Positions 21,043-28,148 of a stretch of DNA of 64,000 nucleotides are shown here, one piece after another; the first letter of the stretch is position 1; each line of letters opens with the position of its first letter. The DNA comes from a virus, in IMG/VR virus record IMGVR_UViG_3300009182_000043, positions 19,392 through 83,391 of that record; one strand, written 5' to 3'. The position numbers and the translations under genes are program-made. Below the pieces are notes generated by a model that saw only the letters and a list, made by a program, of their open reading frames with translations, had not been told where the DNA came from and ran no database searches.

Positions 21043-21079
21043 GGCTTCTATACCTCGATCCCGAGGGTATGGGTAAGCT
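21030..21079 (+). promoter_or_regulatory. Putative -1 programmed ribosomal frameshift signal: T TTT TTC plus a hairpin
   Basis: In-frame XXXYYYZ heptamer at 21030-21036; 7-nt spacer; stem 21044-21078; the -1 frame is open into 21069..21266. Confidence 0.6.
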
Positions 21080-21266
21080 GTTTGATGGAATGGAACGGGA
21101 GACTAAAGCTATTAAAAAGAACTCCGCAAGAATAGCTTGGTATATGCGTGGGGCGTTGACCTATGAGGATGTACTAAATCTTAGTCCAGACGAATTAAAA
21201 TCAGTTAATGAAATCATTGAAGAAAACTTAGAGACTACTAAGAAAACACAGATGCCGTTCTTCTAA
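21069..21266 (+). CDS. gp51-like small baseplate assembly protein, possibly the frameshift extension of the gp26-like ORF
   Basis: WYMRGALTYEDVLNLSPDE; directly follows the gp26-like gene in the -1 frame. Confidence 0.65.
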   Translation: MGKLFDGMERETKAIKKNSARIAWYMRGALTYEDVLNLSPDELKSVNEIIEENLETTKKTQMPFF

Positions 21267-21320
21267 TCCATGGAATGTCATTTGATAATCTTAGGGTTAG
21301 TATTGTGTTCATTCATTGGG

Positions 21321-21785
21321 AGATGAACTGCGTTCATCTAAGTACTCGCTATCGCTCGTCCTTATTTGTTTTACGGTCTTTTAGTTTAATTAATTGTAAT
21401 TTGTTTATTTGTATTAAGGACTATATTGCCGCTTAGAAAGCCATGGTAGTGCTATTCAGCACTACCAATGGTAAAGGTATGTTTGCCATGCCCGTCGTCC
21501 ATAGTCATCTATTCCCCGAATAATCGACTCTTTTTTGTCACTATTCGCCACCGGTTGCTCTGTAGGGTTTACTGGGTCTGTAGTTGAAGCTATTAGGTTC
21601 TGCCTAATTCTTCAGCAACGCATGTTACATATTCGCAAGATAAAGTAAAATATGTACTCATTGAAGGTTCGCTTTGACGAGAGCCTTCTCGGTGTTCCAT
21701 GTTATTGCTAACATGCATACTCCAGAATCCAACGGCACAGCACAATCTGTACAGTCTCAAGGAGGACTTGCAACCAAGCCTACGA
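21321..21785 (-). ncRNA. Candidate large structured non-coding RNA (or structured ssDNA element) of unknown family
   Basis: 523-bp gap with no ORF in the track; at least seven hairpins plus nested long-range helices; a GCAA tetraloop and several G-U pairs favour the minus strand. Confidence 0.55.
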
Positions 21786-21789
21786 ATTT

Positions 21790-22356
21790 TTAAATATTAA
21801 TAGTAAGTGTGGACTTTGTGTCTGTATTTTCAATTGACTTTGTGTCTGCTGAATATGTTTGTACTAATTTGGTATTGTGTTTAAAGAATAAATCGAATTC
21901 CATGAGGTACCAATCACCAAACTTTTCGCTTCCGTAAAAGAAAAAATTATCGGTGATCCATGTTAGCTTGCATTGCACAGCAACATAACGACCCTTACGA
22001 TTAAACTTCATAAACAGAATGTTTAAATCGTCTGGATCGGCTACATCAAGTAGTTGTTCTAACCAAGAATCCAATATTTTGTGTTCACCTGATAATAACA
22101 AGTGAAAAGGAAAATCAGCGTAAAACTTGCATTCTACGTTCATCTTCGGAAAGCTTTGTCCGGGCACAATATCACCCTTAAAGCTACGAATCTGACCTTC
22201 ATGTAGAATCTGTGTTCTAGATTGATTCTTGCCACCAACGTAAGCACCGGAACCAGGGGCACGAATAAAGCTTTCACTATATTTTTCGCTTAGATATTTT
22301 GCGATTTCTCGCTCAAACCCTGATCCTTTGTTCTTACTCGGTGATGGCATAGACAT
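21790..22356 (-). CDS. Holliday-junction-resolvase-like PD-(D/E)xK nuclease
   Basis: SKNKGSGFEREIA, GDI and VECKFY; start probably at MSMPSP (22356), after GATAAGTA. Confidence 0.75.
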   Translation of the reverse strand: MSMPSPSKNKGSGFEREIAKYLSEKYSESFIRAPGSGAYVGGKNQSRTQILHEGQIRSFKGDIVPGQSFPKMNVECKFYADFPFHLLLSGEHKILDSWLEQLLDVADPDDLNILFMKFNRKGRYVAVQCKLTWITDNFFFYGSEKFGDWYLMEFDLFFKHNTKLVQTYSADTKSIENTDTKSTLTINI

Positions 22357-22386
22357 ATACTTATCTCTTGTGTGCAACTTTCAAAA

Positions 22387-24459
22387 TTATTCTACGTCTA
22401 CTGCTGTACTATATGTGGTAAAGCCATTTTCTTTCACGACTTTCAATACGCTAGGAACTCGTCCGGCTAATTCTTCACGATGACTAACAAGCCAAATAGA
22501 CTTATGTCGTCTACGTGACATGTCCTTAAGAATAGCAATAGCGTTTTCAACACCCATTGTGTCTAGCCCACTGTCAATCAATTCGTCAATAAACAATGTA
22601 TTGATTGGTGCATATAAGTTCTCCCAAACATCACGAAAAGCAAAACTCAAGCCTAGAATCAACCGATTACGTTCACCACGACTTAAATTGTCAAAGTCAA
22701 GTTCACGGCCCAACTCAGTAATTTCAACTGTTAAATCATTTTGAAATACTACTTGATGTGGTAAGCCAATCTTATCTAAGTAATGTGTTAAGCGACTATT
22801 CAAATATGACAGATTTTGGTCAATGATTTTCTTACGTACAAAACTATCTTTGCTAGTTAAAATATCTAACAAAAACTTTTGATGTTCCATAGTCTTAGTT
22901 AGTTTATTGATTGCTTCAAAATCAATTGCTTGCAACGCATTACTTTCCATCTCTGTAACCTGTTCAGCATATGGATCAGACTCAGCAGCCTTAGTTTCAA
23001 TTTGCTGTAACAACCCTGATACTTTGCTACGATGTTCAATCGCTTGTGCTTCTGTATCATAATGCGTAACTGGCATAGGACCCACTTCAACCGAGGTAAG
23101 TTCTGCTAATTGTTCAGCATATGGATCAACTTCTTTTTCTTTTTCAAGAATCTTTGTACGAATGTTTTCTGCATCACTACCATGACGAATTGCTTCTGCT
23201 TCTGTCTTGTAATGTGTCTTAGGCTTATCTCCCAATACAATGTCTTTATCGTTTAATTCTTTTAATTGATTCAACAGTGTAGTAACATGAAATTGTGCAT
23301 CTTCTAGCATCTTTTCTTTATCTGCTAGAACCTTAGCGTGTTGTTCGTCATGGAAATCTTGACCGCAAGCATAACATTGATGTGCTAACAACTTTATAAT
23401 TTCAACATTTAATTTCTCAATTAACTTGTTTTCTTTATCAATGTCCTTATTGATTCGTGCAACTTCTTTGTCTCTGTCTGCAATTTCTTTTGACTTGTTA
23501 TTATACTCAACCAAGGCACGATGTGCTAAGATTTCTTGTACGATATCTATTCTGGTTAGTTTTTCTGCTTGATTTAATAAGTCAGTAACATCTTTATCTT
23601 GCTTTTGCTTCCAAGCAGTTTGTCTAGCCAATAATGCATTATATGTATCTTGTTGTTTCTTCTTTTGATTCCAGATTACTAACTCTTTATGTGCTAGTAA
23701 TTCACTATCAATATCAATTTGTGACAGTTCATCATATTGTGCAACTAAGTATGCTAAGTCATTTTCATGTTTCTTTTGCCAAAGCCCTTGTCTGCGCTTT
23801 AAACTTTCAATTTGTTCTTTTACTCGCTTGTTGGCTTCTTCAATAGCTTTGACTTTAAATTCTTCACCTTGAATACTATCTTTAGTATCTTTCAACAGTA
23901 CCTTAATTGTTTCTGCTTTTTCAGAAAGTAAAGTAATACCTAACAACTGTTCAATGATTTCACGTTGTTCGTTATTTTTTAATGCTAAAAATGGTTCTGA
24001 ATATGTATTCAATGCTACGATATGACGAAACATGCTACTAGACATACACAATACTTTTTCAATTGCTACTTGTGTTTCTTTGTTCTCACCCTGTGCATCG
24101 TCCGTACCTTTTTGTAAATCATTATTTACATAAAATCGTAATAGATTTGGCTTACGACCACGCTCAATCTTATAGTCAATGCCACCAACACTGAATTCAA
24201 GTGTAACTAGCATACCCTTTCCATTTGTACGATTAACTAAATTATCTTTTCTGATACTGTTAATGGGTACACCAAACAATGCATATGATAGACCTTGAAT
24301 AAGACTGGTCTTACCTGTACCATTACGAGCACCGTCACCACCTAAGTCTAAGTTCTCACCTAGAATAAGTGTTAAGTCTTGTCGGTTAAAATCAACTGCT
24401 TGTGTGACTTGACCAATTGATAGAAAGTTTCGTAATGTAATGTTCTTTAATAATATCAT
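22387..24459 (-). CDS. gp46: Recombination endonuclease ATPase subunit (gp46/SbcC/Rad50-like)
   Basis: Walker A NGTGKT, CYAC zinc hook, LSRGE signature, FIDE Walker B and VSH. Confidence 0.93.
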   Translation of the reverse strand: MILLKNITLRNFLSIGQVTQAVDFNRQDLTLILGENLDLGGDGARNGTGKTSLIQGLSYALFGVPINSIRKDNLVNRTNGKGMLVTLEFSVGGIDYKIERGRKPNLLRFYVNNDLQKGTDDAQGENKETQVAIEKVLCMSSSMFRHIVALNTYSEPFLALKNNEQREIIEQLLGITLLSEKAETIKVLLKDTKDSIQGEEFKVKAIEEANKRVKEQIESLKRRQGLWQKKHENDLAYLVAQYDELSQIDIDSELLAHKELVIWNQKKKQQDTYNALLARQTAWKQKQDKDVTDLLNQAEKLTRIDIVQEILAHRALVEYNNKSKEIADRDKEVARINKDIDKENKLIEKLNVEIIKLLAHQCYACGQDFHDEQHAKVLADKEKMLEDAQFHVTTLLNQLKELNDKDIVLGDKPKTHYKTEAEAIRHGSDAENIRTKILEKEKEVDPYAEQLAELTSVEVGPMPVTHYDTEAQAIEHRSKVSGLLQQIETKAAESDPYAEQVTEMESNALQAIDFEAINKLTKTMEHQKFLLDILTSKDSFVRKKIIDQNLSYLNSRLTHYLDKIGLPHQVVFQNDLTVEITELGRELDFDNLSRGERNRLILGLSFAFRDVWENLYAPINTLFIDELIDSGLDTMGVENAIAILKDMSRRRHKSIWLVSHREELAGRVPSVLKVVKENGFTTYSTAVDVE

Positions 24460-24677
24460 TTTAATTTTCTAAAAAAACTGTCTTTGGATGATTTCTCAGC
24501 CTGCAACGTTCGTTCTATTATGCCTTCTAATTTCAGTTTAACTGAAATCAACGTCTTTTGTTCTCTTAAGCTACCTAAGTAAGAATGAGTATTAGTCAAC
24601 TCAGATAAAGCAATACCTAAATGCTTGTTTACTTTAATCAACGATTCTAATTCTCTAACTTCTCTGGGTATCTTCAT
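24456..24677 (-). CDS. Hypothetical protein (73 aa)
   Basis: Overlaps both neighbours by 4 bp, suggesting translational coupling. Confidence 0.6.
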   Translation of the reverse strand: MKIPREVRELESLIKVNKHLGIALSELTNTHSYLGSLREQKTLISVKLKLEGIIERTLQAEKSSKDSFFRKLK

Positions 24678-25687
24678 AGGTTATTGTAAATCTCTAACAA
24701 AATTCGTTTATCAAATGTGTTTGATTCAATGCTGTTAATCTGGTCGATGACAATCTGGTCTACACTTTCAAACTTAAGACCATCAAATCCTTGATTCTCT
24801 CTTTGTTCAACCTTCATAGGTATCAATGTCATCTCACGTAGTTTGTGTTCTGGTATCATAGTTTCACGTATGAAGTTTGCTTCTTCATAGCTAATATCAA
24901 TATCAAGATGTACTCTAACATGACTGTCAATTAATAGCAACCCTTCAGGGTTTTCTAAGATATCACTAAGTTTATGTACTCTAAATATGGGCTGTCTTGG
25001 CCAACTATGAAAGACTGGTTCAACTCCCCATTCCAATATCATCATGCCACGTGCATCATCACCTGCATCAGCATAGTTATGTGGGAAAGCATTACCGATA
25101 TACCAAATGTTTTTCTTTGCTTGTCGTTTATGAAAATGCCCACTGAATACTTTATCAAAGCCAGTAAAATGTTCACTACTAATTTCACCATGATCGGGCA
25201 TCTCTACCATAGCATTCATGTAGAAACTTGGTAATTCAAAATGACCAAACATATATTTGCCAGATAATTTTTGAACTTTCTTATAGTCATCTTGTACAAG
25301 CCAAGGTGCAATAACAACATCACCTTGACTAAACCAATCATTAACGATTGTCACGTTAGGTAAATGTCTAGCCCATTCAACTGAATGAATGTCTCGCTTG
25401 TCTCTATAATAAAGGTCATGATTGCCGGGTATAAAGAATACTTGGTCAAATGAAGCACTTAATTTCTCAAGTGCTTGTAGACCAAAGGTCAATGTGTGAA
25501 TATTAATACTAGCACGGTGATGATTGTAATCACCTAAAAAGAAACAGGTTTCACAACCCTCTTCTTTTGCTTTTTTAATAAACCAGTCTACAAAATTAGC
25601 ACAGTCTTGATTGTGCTGTAAACTGTTGCTCTTAAGTCCAAAATGAATGTCAGTAAAAACTGCGGCTTTTTTGAAAAGGTTAGTCAT
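24674..25687 (-). CDS. gp47: Recombination endonuclease nuclease subunit (gp47/SbcD/Mre11-like)
   Basis: Metallophosphoesterase motifs DIHFG, LGD, GNHD, GHFE and SGHFH; true start probably MTNLF at 25687. Confidence 0.92.
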   Translation of the reverse strand: MTNLFKKAAVFTDIHFGLKSNSLQHNQDCANFVDWFIKKAKEEGCETCFFLGDYNHHRASINIHTLTFGLQALEKLSASFDQVFFIPGNHDLYYRDKRDIHSVEWARHLPNVTIVNDWFSQGDVVIAPWLVQDDYKKVQKLSGKYMFGHFELPSFYMNAMVEMPDHGEISSEHFTGFDKVFSGHFHKRQAKKNIWYIGNAFPHNYADAGDDARGMMILEWGVEPVFHSWPRQPIFRVHKLSDILENPEGLLLIDSHVRVHLDIDISYEEANFIRETMIPEHKLREMTLIPMKVEQRENQGFDGLKFESVDQIVIDQINSIESNTFDKRILLEIYNNL

Positions 25688-25693
25688 TCGTAT

Positions 25694-25723
25694 ATTATAT
25701 AGGAAACGGAGGTGCAAAAGCAA
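25694..25723 (-). promoter_or_regulatory. Sigma70-like promoter TTGCTT-18-TATAAT, probably giving a leaderless gp47 mRNA
   Basis: -35 at 25718-25723 and -10 at 25694-25699; ATG 6 nt downstream; overlapped by the hairpin AACGGAG/CTCCGTT. Confidence 0.55.
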
Positions 25724-25737
25724 CTCCGTTGGTTAAA

Positions 25738-26643
25738 TTATTCTTCGTAGACGGTAGAACTAGTTCCAACACCTTGGCGTGACCAGCTTGGATTAAGCCC
25801 GTTCATTTCTAAAATATCATCACGGATATTTTGATTGCGCTTTTCGGTGTTCAATACACGACAGAAACTATTAGTAATAGCCGCTGTATAATATGCAAAT
25901 GGGTTTGCCGATTTAGCTTCATTGAAACGTAAGCCAACATATGTAAGTTGTAGAATGGCTGAATTACGCATCTCATCATTGTATGTGTACCCGCGCCAAT
26001 TAAACTTCATTGCGTATTTTTCACATAACATAATGTACATACGGGCAAGCTTGTTGGTGATATTTCCATGATCCTTACCAAACTCACCGTTTTCTAAATC
26101 ACCTTTCCAATGACTTTTTCCGATAACTCTGAAAGTGTTTGTGCTATCTAAGCGGAAGTGCTGAAACGGCGGGAAGTTGACTTTAACATGTACCATGTCG
26201 TCAACTTCTTTAGCAGTAGTAGGATCTTCTAAGTCAGCAAAAATCTCATCAGCATCGCCCTCGTATTCAAAGATATCTTTAGCAGTTTTCTTTTTGTCTA
26301 CCTTACGTGGTTGTTTGGGTGCGACCGGAATATGATCCCAAGTCATTACTCTAAACACTAAGTCTGTTGTAGGAATAGATATTGGATCAGTCGTGCCTTT
26401 AGCAATACCCTGCTCAACATCCAATCTTTCAGCACGATTTTCACGTGCTAACTGAATGTTTTCTGGCTTGTATGCGTATTCTAAGCTTTGGGGAATGCTA
26501 GCTTGGGGCATATCCACGATAAAATCATATCTATGGTCTGTGTCTGCTAGAAAAGTGCAATATGAGTTTTTGCTACTGTGAATCTCTTTTAAAATGTCTT
26601 TATTATTTAAATAATTTACTGGTTTTTTAGTTATGATAGTCAT
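25738..26643 (-). CDS. gp55: Late-transcription sigma factor (T4 gp55-like)
   Basis: NYLNNKDILKEI, NWRGYTYNDEM and NPFAYYT; upstream of gp47/gp46 as in T4-like phages. Confidence 0.8.
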   Translation of the reverse strand: MTIITKKPVNYLNNKDILKEIHSSKNSYCTFLADTDHRYDFIVDMPQASIPQSLEYAYKPENIQLARENRAERLDVEQGIAKGTTDPISIPTTDLVFRVMTWDHIPVAPKQPRKVDKKKTAKDIFEYEGDADEIFADLEDPTTAKEVDDMVHVKVNFPPFQHFRLDSTNTFRVIGKSHWKGDLENGEFGKDHGNITNKLARMYIMLCEKYAMKFNWRGYTYNDEMRNSAILQLTYVGLRFNEAKSANPFAYYTAAITNSFCRVLNTEKRNQNIRDDILEMNGLNPSWSRQGVGTSSTVYEE

Positions 26644-26668
26644 AAGTGGTTAATGTTTCCTTGTTACA

Positions 26669-26697
26669 ATTGTAACAGAATTGTAGACAAAAAGCAA
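26669..26697 (-). promoter_or_regulatory. Sigma70-like promoter TTGCTT-17-TACAAT with an extended -10 TG and an overlapping 16-bp palindrome
   Basis: -35 at 26692-26697 and -10 at 26669-26674; TGTTACAATTGTAACA at 26662-26677. Confidence 0.6.
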
Positions 26698-26740
26698 CTA
26701 TTTTTATTAGGAAAAGGTAAAAATAGCACTTTTTAGTAGC

Positions 26741-26748
26741 GATAAATA
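26741..26748 (+). promoter_or_regulatory. Late box GATAAATA
   Basis: 20 nt upstream of the ATG at 26769. Confidence 0.6.
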
Positions 26749-26768
26749 TATTTAGTAAAGGTTTAAAT

Positions 26769-27845
26769 ATGGCAACGAATTATGGATTAACAGCACCTTC
26801 AGTAGCACCCGGCGAAGAGCCACTGGCTCAAACACAAAATAGTATACTGACTGCAATAAACACTGCTCCTGTGTCAAGCCCTGCACCGGTATCATATTCA
26901 ATTTATTCTGAGGGTACCCCCAATTTGAATGCGATGTCTCTCAATCAAACTTCTAATACTCTCCCTGAAAATCCAAGTAATACTAATGCCGCACAAGAGA
27001 CCCCAAATTTTAAAGTACCTGTATCGGGACTTCCTAGCAACGACTGGAGATTAACTCTAAAACTTGCACCCAATTCAACGTATTTGTATAACGCACCAGA
27101 CCCCGGCATTTTAGCTCCTTTAAAAGGTAAAGGAGTAATATTTCCATATACTCCTTCTATTAACATGAACTATACATCAAATTATGAACCAACTGATTTG
27201 ACTCATAGCAATTATAAAATATATCAATACAAAAATAGCAGTGTAGGTGAAATAACTATACAAGGAGATTTTACTGCACAAGACACAAGTGAAGCAAATT
27301 ATTTACTAGCAGTAATTCATTTCTTTAGATCCGCTACAAAAATGTTCTATGGTCAAGATAAAAATCCACCAAACGGAACTCCTCCCCCACTATGTTATCT
27401 AAGTGGGTTTGGACAGTATCAGTTTGATAAACATCCGGTAGCAATATCAAGTTTTAGCTATCATTTACCTGCTGACGTAGACTATATTAAGGCAGGGGTG
27501 TTGACAGGTCCTGGTTCCACTCCTAGCCAAGATGTAAAAACTTCCGAACCAAAAACTAAGGTTCCTCCTAGCACCAAGGTAGCAAATTTTGTATCAAATT
27601 TTGTCAGTAGTAAATTATTAAGATTAGAATCGTCTAAGTTAAAACCAAACGCAAAAATAGCAGATCCTGTATTTAAGGCAAATCAAATTGAATCACCTAC
27701 TTATGTTCCAACTAAAATAAGCATTAATTTAACTTTATTACCAATCGTCAATCGTTACGATACAAGTCAGCGTTTCAGTTTAGAAAAATATGCAGAGGGA
27801 ACATTATATAGTGGTAGTTTATCTAACGACAAAGGTATTTGGTAA
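26769..27845 (+). CDS. Baseplate/tail-tube initiator-like protein (gp48/gp54-like)
   Basis: IFPYTPSI, PPPLCYLSGFG and ISSFSYHLP fit a tube-fold pattern; precedes the gp53-like gene. Confidence 0.55.
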   Translation: MATNYGLTAPSVAPGEEPLAQTQNSILTAINTAPVSSPAPVSYSIYSEGTPNLNAMSLNQTSNTLPENPSNTNAAQETPNFKVPVSGLPSNDWRLTLKLAPNSTYLYNAPDPGILAPLKGKGVIFPYTPSINMNYTSNYEPTDLTHSNYKIYQYKNSSVGEITIQGDFTAQDTSEANYLLAVIHFFRSATKMFYGQDKNPPNGTPPPLCYLSGFGQYQFDKHPVAISSFSYHLPADVDYIKAGVLTGPGSTPSQDVKTSEPKTKVPPSTKVANFVSNFVSSKLLRLESSKLKPNAKIADPVFKANQIESPTYVPTKISINLTLLPIVNRYDTSQRFSLEKYAEGTLYSGSLSNDKGIW

Positions 27846-28147
27846 TGGCATTATATAACGCATCTAGTCCATATCACGATTCAAGCATAGTGAATAATCA
27901 ATTTTTGGATATTATGGTCAACAGACCTATACCCAAAGACCCTATAGATATGTATTGGGAAATAACTCAAACATATCATTTACGTCCTGATTTATTGGCA
28001 TACGACTTATATGACAATGCTGGTTTGTGGTGGGTTTTTGCACAACGAAATCCAAATCGTTTAAAAGACCCACTGTTTGATTTTGTTGCAGGAACATCAA
28101 TTTACTTACCTCAAATGGCTAACATAAAACCCGCCCTAGGATTATAA
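27845..28147 (+). CDS. Baseplate wedge protein (gp53/LysM-like)
   Basis: RPDLLAYDLYDNAGLWWVFA..N; ATG at 27845 overlaps the upstream TAA. Confidence 0.75.
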   Translation: MALYNASSPYHDSSIVNNQFLDIMVNRPIPKDPIDMYWEITQTYHLRPDLLAYDLYDNAGLWWVFAQRNPNRLKDPLFDFVAGTSIYLPQMANIKPALGL

Positions 28148-28148
28148 G

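Noticed and set aside
21410-21785. Assignment of the structured element as tmRNA, RNase P RNA, tRNA, or a bona fide group I/II intron
   Set aside because: GAUUCUGGA resembles the tmRNA 5' region, but there is no T-arm/CCA end. The RNase P GAGGAAAGUCC core is absent. GACUA/UAGUC resembles P7, but the junction lengths do not fit and no gene is interrupted. No group II domain V is visible.
25688-25723. TTG start for gp47 at 25723
   Set aside because: It coincides with the -35 box and hairpin; the ATG at 25687 fits the domain start
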